A stretch of 25,988 nt of DNA from a virus (IMGVR_UViG_3300020239_000020:1-25988); one strand, 5' to 3'. Shown: positions 18,101 through 25,757, counted from the stretch's first letter. Notes: a model not told the origin generated them from the letters alone. Program-made: numbers and translations.

Positions 18101-21100
18101 TTCTTACAATTCTGAAAGATTTAAGAACGACATCCCTACGGCAGGAGAGTTGAGAGCATCTGATACTTTAGATTTTAGACCCAGAGTTGCTAACTTTACT
18201 TCTACATCACTTTCTCCCTTTGATTATACTGCAAGAACTTTTGCAACTACAGGAACTAATCCAAGTTTGATAGTTGCACCGGATGAAAGTTCTTTAATTG
18301 GATATAGTTACTATCTTCCAAGAATTGATAAAATTGTTTTTAGTTCTCAAGGAGAGATCTCAGTAATTAAGGGAACTAGTGCTGAAATTCCTGTAGATCC
18401 ACAAATTTCCTCAGATATGATGGAAATTGGTACTATTGAACTGCCAGCATATCTATATGACACAGATGATGCGGTGTTGACTTTAGTTGACAATAGAAGA
18501 TATACGATGAGGGATATTGGAAGAATTGAGGACAGAGTTGAAAATTTAGAAACTGTCACCTCACTTTCTCTCCTTGAACTTGACACCAGAACGCTTCAAG
18601 TTAGAGATGCTGATGGACTTGATAGATTCAAGTCAGGATTTTTCGTAGATGATTTTGCAGATGATCAGAGAACTGATCCTAATTCTAGAGTAGATATTGA
18701 AGGTAACGAGATGAAATCTTCAATTGATTTCTTTTCTTTAAAACCAGAGGTTGCTACTGGTCTTCCCACTGTAGGCATAGATTTTGGTTTAGATTTTGAA
18801 CTTCTTGATCCAAATGTCCAAAAGACTGGTGATCTTATCACACTTAAGTATGATGATAAATCATGGATCAAACAACCTCTTGCCTCTAGAGTTGAGAATG
18901 TAAACCCATTTAATATGGTGGAGTTTAAGGGGAGAGTTACAGTCTCTCCATCTCAAGACACTTGGACTAGAACAATTGTGATTGATGGTGGTACAGTCAA
19001 TAGACCCCGCCGTCGTGGTGGTAGAAGCACTCAGAGAAGATTCGCAAGAAGATTGAGGAGGAGAGGAATTAGATTCACACAAAGATTCAGATTCTTTAGT
19101 TGGGTTAGAGAACAGAACTTAGGCACTGAAACAGATCAGTACATTAGATCTAGAAATGTAAAATTTATTGGACGTGGACTAAAACCACTTGCAAGACACT
19201 ATTCTTTCTTTGATAGTAGCACTAATTTGGATATTATTCCAAAATTAATTGAAATATCTATGACTTCTGGCGTCTTTAGTCATGGAGAAACTGTCAAAGG
19301 GTTTGTCGGATCTAAGCAACTATTTTCTGTAAGAATTTGTAGACCAAACCATAAGAAAGGTCCTATTAGTAATCCAACCGATGTATTTACTCTTAATCCA
19401 TATAATAAAAATGTAACTCTCCCAACAGTATATTCTGCATCTTCAACCGTGTTAAACGTTGATATTGATTCTTTAATGGAAGATGTTCTTGGTAAATTTA
19501 ATGGACGTATCCTGAAAGATATGGTTCTTCTTGGTGAAACTAGTGGAGCACAAGCAAAAGTAACTGATGTAAGACTTATTACAGATACTTTTGGTGATGT
19601 ATTTGGATCTTTCTTCTTCAGAAATCCGAATACATCACCAGCTCCTGCCGTAAGATTTAAGACAGGTAAAAAGACATTCAAACTTACATCTAGTTCAACT
19701 AACGCAGAACCATTACCCGGTAGTTTGAAAACTAGTAGTGGTGAAGGTACATACACCACTAATGGGCGAGTTCAGACATTCCGCAGAACGACAGTTATCC
19801 AGAGATTCTATGACCCTCTGGCACAATCATTTACTGTTGATGAAACTGGAGCATTTTTAACCAAACTTGATGTCTACTTTGCATCTAAGGATGAGAATGA
19901 AAAAATTACATGTGAACTGAGAACTGTCGAGTTGGGAACACCAACTAATCAATTAGTTACAGAATATTCTGAGGTTACTCTTGAACCAAAAGATATTAAT
20001 GTTTCAAGTGACGCATCTGTTCCTACTACAATAACTTTCCCCTCACCAATTTATCTAGAACCAGATCGTGAGTATTGTTTTGTTCTTCTTGCGCCATCTT
20101 CAGATCAATATGAAGTTTGGGTAGCACGAATGGGCGAAAAAACAGTAAATGCTTCAATACTCCCCGATGCTGAAAGTGTTATTGTAACAAAACAGTATGT
20201 TGGTGGAAGTTTGTTCAAATCTCAGAATGGAACAATTTGGACAGCAAGTCAGTTTGAGGACATGAAGTTTGATCTTTATAAAGCAAACTTCACTAAGGAT
20301 CCTGGAATTGCATACTTCTATAACCCATCATTAGAAAATGGAAGTGATTTGACTCCTAAACTTTTAAATAATCCTATTACAACTCTTCCAAGAAAACTGA
20401 AGGTTGGAATTACAACAACCTCTGCGATGGATAGTATCCTGACTATTGGTAAAAAAGTCAGTGATAATACATCCTCTGCTGCTATTAGTGGTAATATTGA
20501 ACAAGTAGGCGGAAATATTGCCAACACTACCAGTAATCTAGTTGGTGCAGGATATAGTAATGGAACCTTTAATGATGTAAACTTCTATTCTATTACTGGA
20601 TCTGGATCTGGAGCTATTGGTATTGTGACAGTTTCTAATAATACAGTTACTGGAAATCCATTCATTACAACTCCTGGAAACGGATATGTCGTTGGTGATG
20701 TTCTTGGAATTACAACTTCTGATGTTGCAAAAGGACGTGGTGCACAATTCTCCGTTAAAAATATCACCGGCAAAGATACTCTGTATTTGACTGATGTTCA
20801 AGGTGAGAGTTTCACTGAGGGTCAACCACTTGTTGTTTATAGTTCCCCTGATGTTGCAGTATCCTACGCAGATACAACTATTAGAAACTCTAGTCTTATT
20901 AGCAACTTGTTTGATGGAAGAGTTATTGAAGTTGAGCAAACAAATCACGGTCTTCATGCAGATAACAACGTTGTCGTTCTTGCAGATATCGAACCAAATA
21001 CGATACCAACAACTCTCAACGCTCCACTTGGATTGAGTGATACAACTATTTCAGTTGCTAATACCTCACTCTTCGCGACATTTGAAGGCATTTCAACCTC

Positions 21101-22253
21101 TACGGGTTATGCCAAGGTCAATAACGAAATCATTTATTACAACTCTATTACTGCTGGTGCTGGTGGAGCTGGAACACTTGGAATAGGTACGAGAGGAATG
21201 GATGGTTCTCTTAAGAGATCTCATGATCTTAATGATCAAATCTTTACCTACGAATTAAATGGTATTTCTCTTCATAGAATCAATAAGCAACATAATATGC
21301 CTACTGATTCTACCTTAAAGAATAATAGAGACTTTGACCTTTATCATCTTCAAATTGATCGTGGAACTAGAACCGCAGGAGATAATCAACTTAGTTTTAC
21401 TGATGAAAATAGTGTCGGTGGTTCGATTGTATTCTCTTCGAGTAATATTCAGTTTGATCAAATTACACCAAGAATTAATTTGTTCACCCCAGATACAAGC
21501 ACTACTGCAGATGCTCAAATTAGAACAGTATCTGGAACTAGTGCTGGAGGTTCTGAAGTTTCGTTTATTGATCAAGGATATGAAAATGTGTCTCTGAACA
21601 ATCCTAATCCTTTGACTACTCCAAGAATCGTTGCTTCTAGAATAAACGAAACAACCAGACTGACAAATCTTCCTAATAATAAGTCTCTGACTCTTGCAGT
21701 CAACATGAGCACAGTAGATTCAAATCTTTCTCCAACAATTGACCTTCAAGGATCTAATTTTACGTTTGGAAGAAATAGACTTAACAATCCAATTTCAGAT
21801 TATGCGAATGATGGAAGAGTTAATTCTATTGATGCGGATCCACATGCTGGATTCTATATTACACAACCAATACAACTTGCACAACCTGCATCTTCTTTGA
21901 AAGTACTCGTTTCTGCATATCGACATTCTTCGGCAGATTTTAGAGTTCTTTATGAACTCTCTAGAGTTGATTCTAACGGTATTGAACAAGCATTTGAGTT
22001 ATTCCCTGGATTTGATAACTTAAAAGATACTAATGGTGATGGATTTGGTGATGAAGTGGTTGATTCTGTTCTCAATAATGGTAAACCAGATGCTTTCGTT
22101 CGTTCGAGCGCAGATGATGAATATATAGACTATCAGTTTAGTGCTGATAATCTTGACCAATTTAATGCATTCAGAATCAAGATTGTTATGAGTGGTACAA
22201 ATGAAGCAAGAGCACCAAGGTTTAAGGACTTTAGAGTTATTGCTCTTGCATGA
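15153..22253 (+). CDS. Large virion structural protein, VrlC-like / DUF4815 family (2366 aa)
   Basis: N-terminus MPQKTNLNINPYFDDFD...KVLFKPGFPVQARELTTLQSILQNQ, plus APGADRL, RTYEESGNY, RFKSGFFVDDF, YDPLAQSF and GSLFKSQNG. These match the conserved large protein that follows gp8 in cyanomyoviruses (recalled family, not searched). Confidence 0.82.
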   Translation: MPQKTNLNINPYFDDFDKDDNFYKVLFKPGFPVQARELTTLQSILQNQIESFGSHTFKEGSMVIPGNIAFDPEYPAVKLNADHLGISISVYGKNLVGKRLRGQTSGIVAKVDRYENVSDLNGITNPTIFVKYIQAGDNNEVEPFQDGEVLITEDSFTYGNTSINAGETVASLLSDNATAIGSAVSIAPGVYFIRGTFVDVSSDKIFLDPYSNRPSYRVGLTITEEIITAKDDDSLYDNAKGFSNYAAPGADRLRIKLTLSKKLLTDNDDKTFVELLRVDNGEVKKLQNKSSYNLIRDYFAERTYEESGNYAIDTFNVEVKDSLNDRLGNEGVYFSGQSTDEGNTPSEDLMAVSVSAGKAYVKGYDVENTATKIIDVEKPRETKTLTNALVPFELGTLIRVNNVQGTPLFGVNNNSNIVRLQDQRRGTSDSTATGTEIGQARVYNFSLTDSAQVDLSTSWDLYLFDIQTYTTISLNENTLTADMPVSSYVRGVSSGASGYVQSAPAGTTNITLMQTSGTFMVGEQLLINETTEISRSITSLTTYSIEDVKSVYQDSVTLNSELKKDFIADTVLERVVLNEFGIADTVQISTAGAMTCPGKFFNSLKVGDIVRYQIAGVSDETFNRVSAINAAKTQVDLVQVEDRSNVCDGGLPNSTFTGTFTVGVPVVRESGGLFAPIDERNISSVDLGSSNLLVSSQIREQTTSLEGNLALNVTATGISSCVFESFDQERYSIHYNDGTIEPLTKDQVLISSAGQVITFTGLTPSQSNNVTVNTTVKKIGITNKNKVFTRSTKLEITKSAAGVSTAISATSQSDFYGTRIQDKEISLNVPDVVEVVAVYESLGTAIPTLDSIEFPAGLSLDTASILGERVIGNTSNAIAQVVTRSSATKVEIAYLTDDTFIVGENITFEESGIIAPLQVIGLGNYSNVTNNYILDKGVKPQFYDYSRIVRKEKSNYVPSRKLLIIYNHYTVPSNDSGDVYTVNSYNSERFKNDIPTAGELRASDTLDFRPRVANFTSTSLSPFDYTARTFATTGTNPSLIVAPDESSLIGYSYYLPRIDKIVFSSQGEISVIKGTSAEIPVDPQISSDMMEIGTIELPAYLYDTDDAVLTLVDNRRYTMRDIGRIEDRVENLETVTSLSLLELDTRTLQVRDADGLDRFKSGFFVDDFADDQRTDPNSRVDIEGNEMKSSIDFFSLKPEVATGLPTVGIDFGLDFELLDPNVQKTGDLITLKYDDKSWIKQPLASRVENVNPFNMVEFKGRVTVSPSQDTWTRTIVIDGGTVNRPRRRGGRSTQRRFARRLRRRGIRFTQRFRFFSWVREQNLGTETDQYIRSRNVKFIGRGLKPLARHYSFFDSSTNLDIIPKLIEISMTSGVFSHGETVKGFVGSKQLFSVRICRPNHKKGPISNPTDVFTLNPYNKNVTLPTVYSASSTVLNVDIDSLMEDVLGKFNGRILKDMVLLGETSGAQAKVTDVRLITDTFGDVFGSFFFRNPNTSPAPAVRFKTGKKTFKLTSSSTNAEPLPGSLKTSSGEGTYTTNGRVQTFRRTTVIQRFYDPLAQSFTVDETGAFLTKLDVYFASKDENEKITCELRTVELGTPTNQLVTEYSEVTLEPKDINVSSDASVPTTITFPSPIYLEPDREYCFVLLAPSSDQYEVWVARMGEKTVNASILPDAESVIVTKQYVGGSLFKSQNGTIWTASQFEDMKFDLYKANFTKDPGIAYFYNPSLENGSDLTPKLLNNPITTLPRKLKVGITTTSAMDSILTIGKKVSDNTSSAAISGNIEQVGGNIANTTSNLVGAGYSNGTFNDVNFYSITGSGSGAIGIVTVSNNTVTGNPFITTPGNGYVVGDVLGITTSDVAKGRGAQFSVKNITGKDTLYLTDVQGESFTEGQPLVVYSSPDVAVSYADTTIRNSSLISNLFDGRVIEVEQTNHGLHADNNVVVLADIEPNTIPTTLNAPLGLSDTTISVANTSLFATFEGISTSTGYAKVNNEIIYYNSITAGAGGAGTLGIGTRGMDGSLKRSHDLNDQIFTYELNGISLHRINKQHNMPTDSTLKNNRDFDLYHLQIDRGTRTAGDNQLSFTDENSVGGSIVFSSSNIQFDQITPRINLFTPDTSTTADAQIRTVSGTSAGGSEVSFIDQGYENVSLNNPNPLTTPRIVASRINETTRLTNLPNNKSLTLAVNMSTVDSNLSPTIDLQGSNFTFGRNRLNNPISDYANDGRVNSIDADPHAGFYITQPIQLAQPASSLKVLVSAYRHSSADFRVLYELSRVDSNGIEQAFELFPGFDNLKDTNGDGFGDEVVDSVLNNGKPDAFVRSSADDEYIDYQFSADNLDQFNAFRIKIVMSGTNEARAPRFKDFRVIALA

Positions 22254-22462
22254 TGAAAAAGGTAAAAGATCATAAGCACTTGTATCGTACAGATGCAGGT
22301 GCTATTGTCAATACTGATACAACTGGTTATAATGAATATGTTAAGATGAGATCTAACCGCGATCGTCAAAAACAAGAACTTGATGAAATGCGGAAAGACA
22401 TAGATGAAATCAAGTCCCTTCTCACGGAGTTTATCAATGGATCCCGATCAAATCAAACTTGA
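22250..22462 (+). CDS. Conserved small hypothetical phage protein with a C-terminal coiled coil (70 aa)
   Basis: ATGA start/stop overlap with the upstream gene. LYR..GAIVNTD motif followed by the heptad pattern ELDEMRKDIDEIKSLL. Confidence 0.8.
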   Translation: MMKKVKDHKHLYRTDAGAIVNTDTTGYNEYVKMRSNRDRQKQELDEMRKDIDEIKSLLTEFINGSRSNQT

Positions 22463-22613
22463 AACAATGTCCAAAATGTTTGCTTACGAGCAACAGGCAA
22501 GACTAATTGACGAGTGTGATAATATTGGTGAACTTCAAAACATTTGTAAATCTTACGCAAAGCTATATTTCAAGCAACAAGAAGTTGTTGGTGTAATAGG
22601 ACTACCTTCCTAA
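22437..22613 (+). CDS. Small helical protein (58 aa), candidate NblA-like phycobilisome degradation adaptor
   Basis: ATG at 22437 has a GGAG SD at 22426-22429, which fits better than the 22404 start. Sequence MDPDQIKLETMSKMFAYEQQARLIDECDNIGELQNICKSYAKLYFKQQEVV has the size and helix-loop-helix pattern of NblA. The ORF is likely real; the function is inferred. Confidence 0.55.
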   Translation: MDPDQIKLETMSKMFAYEQQARLIDECDNIGELQNICKSYAKLYFKQQEVVGVIGLPS

Positions 22614-22616
22614 ATA
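22609..22616 (+). promoter_or_regulatory. Putative late promoter variant CCTAAATA
   Basis: TAAATA core overlapping the upstream stop codon. It ends 20 nt before the ATG at 22636, the same spacing as the gp8 promoter. Confidence 0.6.
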
Positions 22617-22635
22617 CTTAAAATACCTTTGAAAA

Positions 22636-22983
22636 ATGGCAGTATACGTCAGTAATATTCAAATTGATCAAAGTACAGATTTTAGTCAGGTCTTCACTCT
22701 TGAAGATGGGACATCTAACTCTGTCTTGAATCTGACTAACTATACATTTAAATCTCAGATGAGGAAGCATCCAGGTGCTACCTCAGGTGTTACTACATTT
22801 ACTTCATCTATTTACGGTAATGCAGCAAACGGTCAAGTCAAAATTGGTTTGACGACGACTCAAACTGCCAATTTGAAAGATGGTAGGTATGTTTATGATG
22901 TTGTGATGACTGATAATGCCGGTATAATGAGTAGAGTTATTGAAGGTATGGTCCTAGTACGCGCTGGAGCAACGAAATTCTAA
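22636..22983 (+). CDS. Small virion structural protein, probable beta-sandwich adaptor (115 aa)
   Basis: NIQIDQSTDFSQVFTL...LTNYT..SQMRKH...LTTTQTANLKDGRYVYDV...RVIEG resembles a recurrent cyanophage virion protein family found near fibre genes. Preceded by a late promoter. Confidence 0.78.
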   Translation: MAVYVSNIQIDQSTDFSQVFTLEDGTSNSVLNLTNYTFKSQMRKHPGATSGVTTFTSSIYGNAANGQVKIGLTTTQTANLKDGRYVYDVVMTDNAGIMSRVIEGMVLVRAGATKF

Positions 22984-23252
22984 TGGCGAATATTAGAGTT
23001 AAAACTAATAACAATACTACGACTGTTAGGGTCGGACAAACAAACGCTATAAAGGTTGTAGCATCAAATCAATCTGCTGCCACGGGAACAGTTGATAAGT
23101 TGCAAAATGTTGGTGATATAAACATCGGTGCTAGAGCAAATAATACTTTTATAATGTTTAATGGTTCTGAATATATTCATGTTCCTGCACACCAAATTGT
23201 TGACCTTGCTGATGGTAGTGATGATGAAGCATATGATGCCGGAACTTTTTAA
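22983..23252 (+). CDS. Small hypothetical, probably fibre-associated protein (89 aa)
   Basis: TAATG stop/start overlap with the upstream gene. VRVGQTNAIKVV N-terminal motif and a C-terminal YDAGTF. Confidence 0.75.
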   Translation: MANIRVKTNNNTTTVRVGQTNAIKVVASNQSAATGTVDKLQNVGDINIGARANNTFIMFNGSEYIHVPAHQIVDLADGSDDEAYDAGTF

Positions 23253-23270
23253 ATAGTAGGTAATTTTTTA

Positions 23271-23278
23271 ACTAAATA
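23271..23278 (+). promoter_or_regulatory. Putative late promoter variant ACTAAATA (a second TTTAAATA lies at 23248-23255)
   Basis: TAAATA core in the AT-rich intergenic gap, about 25 nt before the fibre ATG. Confidence 0.6.
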
Positions 23279-23303
23279 GATAAAAAGGTAAGAATTTTAC
23301 AAG

Positions 23304-25709
23304 ATGGCTGCTCCTGTATTACAGTTCAAGAGAGGTCTCTTTAGTAATTTGCCAGCATTGAGGGCAGGTGAGCCAGGTTTTACAACCGACAAATACGACC
23401 TCTACGTCGGTATTGACTCGACGACTTCAAACAATCAATTCGTAGGTTCAGGGAGATTCTGGACTATTGAGGGCGCTACCAGTGGATCTGGTGTTAACCT
23501 CGTAGAAGGCACGAATAACGGTACAAGTTATATTACACTTGCATCTCCAGCATCTCTTGCTGGTATCGTAACTTACTATTTCCCCGGAACTCAAGGTGGG
23601 GCAAGTAGTGTTCTTACCAACGATGGAAGCGGAAACCTTAGTTGGGGTGCCGGTTCTGCCAACTCAGTTCTGACTGGTGTTACCACAGTAACAGGTCACT
23701 TTGATGTTGACTCTACGGTTGATATTTCTGGTGTAACAACAGTCACTAATACTACCGATAATACTTTAGGAAATGCCAATACTGGTGCTTTCCAAATTGA
23801 CGGTGGTCTTGGTGTTAACAAGAACGTAACTGTTGGTGGTAACTTAAACGTCCAGGGATATGCCGAATTCGTCGGTGTAGCAACATTCAAAGGTGGAACA
23901 ATTAACCTTGGTGATGCTGATACTGACGACATCAATGTTGCTGGCGAATTTATTTCCAGTCTCGTTCCAAATGATGATGACACTTATGACTTGGGTGAGT
24001 CTGGTAAAGAGTGGAGAAATCTTCACCTTGATGGAACTGCCAATATTGACACTCTGTCTGCCGATACTGCAGCCATCGGTGACTTAACAAATAACAGAGT
24101 TGTTATTGCTGGTACTTCTGGTGAACTTGAAGATGACGCAAACCTTACTTATGATGGCACAGATCTTTCTACCAACTCTCTGATTGTTGGCGATCTTACT
24201 GATAACAGAGTTGTTATTGCCGGTACTAGTGGTGCTATTGAAGATAGTGCAAATCTTACTTTTAACGGCAGTGTTCTCGCAGTTACTGGAGATGTCACTG
24301 TAAGTGATTCAATTACATCCATCGTGGATGTAAACGCTTCTGGTATTGTAACTGCTACTCAGTTCTCTGGACATAAGGCACTTGTTGGTGCAGCAAGTTC
24401 TACGAGAGTTGATTATGTTGTTACTGTTGCTTCCAAGACAGCAGATCACAGATACTTCGGAAGTGGTTCTAGTTCTGGATACTTTATTGATGGTATTCAG
24501 TCTCCTTTCATTACTCTCGTTCCTGGAAAAACTTATCGCTTTGACCAATCAGATAACTCAAACAGTAGTCATCCAATTCGCTTCTATCTTGAGTCAGATA
24601 AGACCACTGCATATACCACAAACGTAACAACTAACGGTACTGCTGGTAACTCTGGTGCTTACACTGAGATTACAGTAACTGACACTACACCTCAGGTTCT
24701 TCATTATCAGTGCTCTGCCCATGCTTATATGGGTAATGCTATTGCTGCTCAATCCAACGTAGTAAATAGCAACCACGCAGCAGTTCTCCGTGGAGGATTA
24801 AATGTTAGTGGTGGGGAAACAACCCTTTCTTCTGCAACTGTTAGTGACTTAACTAATGGTCGTGTTGTTCTTGCAGGAGTTAATGGTGCTCTTGAAGATA
24901 ATGCAAACCTTACATTTAATGGTTCAACTCTTGATGTAGCTGGTGCTCTCACTACAGATGGTGATGCTACAATTGGTGACTCTCTCACAGTTACTAAAGA
25001 TGCTGTTGTTAGTGCTGGTCTGACAGTTACTGGTGCTATTGATGCTAATGGCGGTGCTAATATCTCTGGGGGAGAAACAGTTCTTTCTTCTGCAACGGTT
25101 AGCGACCTTACTGACAATAGAGTTGTTATTGCTGGCACTTCTGGTGCTCTTGAGGACAGTGCCAATCTTACCTTTAATGGCACTACCCTTGCAGTTACTG
25201 GTGCTGCAACAGTTGATAATCTGAGTCTTGATGCCAACACTCTCACAACTTCCTCTGGTGGATTAACTCTTGACTCTGCTAATGGAACAACCACAGTTGC
25301 TGATGATCTGACTGTCAACGGTACATTTACCGTCTTAGGTTCTCAGTCTATCATCAATACTGAGACCTTAAAGGTTGAAGACTCTCTGATTGAAGTTGGT
25401 CTTGTTAACAGTGGTGGTTCTCTGGTAGCACCTTCTTCTGATGCCAACATTGACGTTGGTGTTGTAATGCACTATTACAGTGGTTCTGCTAAGACCGCTG
25501 CTATGTTCTGGGACGATAGTGTTGGAAGAATCGTCATCGCTGATGAAGTTTCCGAATCCTCAAGCGTAATGGGAAGTATCTCTTATGCTAATCTTGAGAT
25601 TGGAGCACTGACCGTCAGTGATTGTCAAGGAAACAGTCAAGCAGTTATTTCCTGTAGTGGATCTACAAGAAATCTAGAAAATATAACTGTAGATGGTGGC
25701 TCGTTCTAA
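23304..25709 (+). CDS. Tail/neck fibre-like protein (801 aa) with an Mtd_N-like N-terminus, four internal repeats and an inserted cupredoxin-like domain
   Basis: N-terminal VLQFKRG...LRAGEPGFTTDKYDLYVG is a fibre attachment-type motif. The shaft is Gly/Thr/Val-rich (GGLGVNKNVTVGGNLNVQG). The protein ends in VDGGSF. Confidence 0.8.
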   Translation: MAAPVLQFKRGLFSNLPALRAGEPGFTTDKYDLYVGIDSTTSNNQFVGSGRFWTIEGATSGSGVNLVEGTNNGTSYITLASPASLAGIVTYYFPGTQGGASSVLTNDGSGNLSWGAGSANSVLTGVTTVTGHFDVDSTVDISGVTTVTNTTDNTLGNANTGAFQIDGGLGVNKNVTVGGNLNVQGYAEFVGVATFKGGTINLGDADTDDINVAGEFISSLVPNDDDTYDLGESGKEWRNLHLDGTANIDTLSADTAAIGDLTNNRVVIAGTSGELEDDANLTYDGTDLSTNSLIVGDLTDNRVVIAGTSGAIEDSANLTFNGSVLAVTGDVTVSDSITSIVDVNASGIVTATQFSGHKALVGAASSTRVDYVVTVASKTADHRYFGSGSSSGYFIDGIQSPFITLVPGKTYRFDQSDNSNSSHPIRFYLESDKTTAYTTNVTTNGTAGNSGAYTEITVTDTTPQVLHYQCSAHAYMGNAIAAQSNVVNSNHAAVLRGGLNVSGGETTLSSATVSDLTNGRVVLAGVNGALEDNANLTFNGSTLDVAGALTTDGDATIGDSLTVTKDAVVSAGLTVTGAIDANGGANISGGETVLSSATVSDLTDNRVVIAGTSGALEDSANLTFNGTTLAVTGAATVDNLSLDANTLTTSSGGLTLDSANGTTTVADDLTVNGTFTVLGSQSIINTETLKVEDSLIEVGLVNSGGSLVAPSSDANIDVGVVMHYYSGSAKTAAMFWDDSVGRIVIADEVSESSSVMGSISYANLEIGALTVSDCQGNSQAVISCSGSTRNLENITVDGGSF
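24081..25181 (+). repeat. Four dispersed copies of a 78-nt (26-aa) coding repeat, consensus DLTxNRVVIAGTSGxLEDxANLTFxG
   Basis: Copies at 24081-24158, 24192-24269, 24846-24923 and 25104-25181. Copies 3 and 4 share an upstream extension, SGGETxLSSATVS. Confidence 0.9.
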
Positions 25710-25723
25710 GGTTAAAGACAACT

Positions 25724-25731
25724 TATAAATA
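25724..25731 (+). promoter_or_regulatory. T4-type late promoter TATAAATA
   Basis: Perfect consensus in the intergenic region upstream of the 70-aa ORF and the probable gp13. Confidence 0.82.
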
Positions 25732-25732
25732 C

Positions 25733-25757
25733 AGGTGGGCGAGTCCCACCTTTTTTT
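25733..25757 (+). terminator. Rho-independent terminator after the fibre gene
   Basis: Stem AGGTGGG/CCCACCT (25733-25739 / 25745-25751), loop CGAGT, and a run of 7 T at 25751-25757. Confidence 0.85.

Noticed and set aside
1700-22253. Inteins, introns or homing endonucleases as the explanation for the giant ORFs
   Set aside because: I saw no Hint-domain splice motifs and no LAGLIDADG, HNH or GIY-YIG signatures. The ORFs are uninterrupted and their size is explained by repeated structural modules.
22404-22436. Upstream ATG for the 69-aa ORF
   Set aside because: It gives a longer overlap with the preceding gene. The ATG at 22437 has a well-spaced GGAG.
24081-25181. Repeats as a CRISPR array or as diversity-generating retroelement TR/VR, prompted by the Mtd_N-like N-terminus
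   Set aside because: The repeats are in-frame, irregularly spaced and differ largely at synonymous positions rather than specifically at adenines. No reverse transcriptase or cas gene is in the window.
3219-25224. Short alternative-frame + strand ORFs inside gp7, the VrlC-like gene and the fibre gene
   Set aside because: The Leu-rich low-information translations are typical of off-frame reading of T-ending codons.
1019-25318. Numerous minus-strand ORFs of 60-189 aa (e.g. 24749-25318, 19280-19759, 7963-8376)
   Set aside because: They lie wholly antisense to long conserved + strand genes. Their Pro/Val/Ser/Thr-rich translations are the expected shadow of Gly/Thr-rich codon bias, and I saw no supporting promoters or SD sites.
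23304-25709. Apparently higher GC in the fibre gene as a sign of horizontal acquisition
   Set aside because: Spot counts show similarly raised GC in the Gly/Ala-rich C-terminal part of gp7, so amino-acid composition can explain it. A GC3 analysis would be needed.
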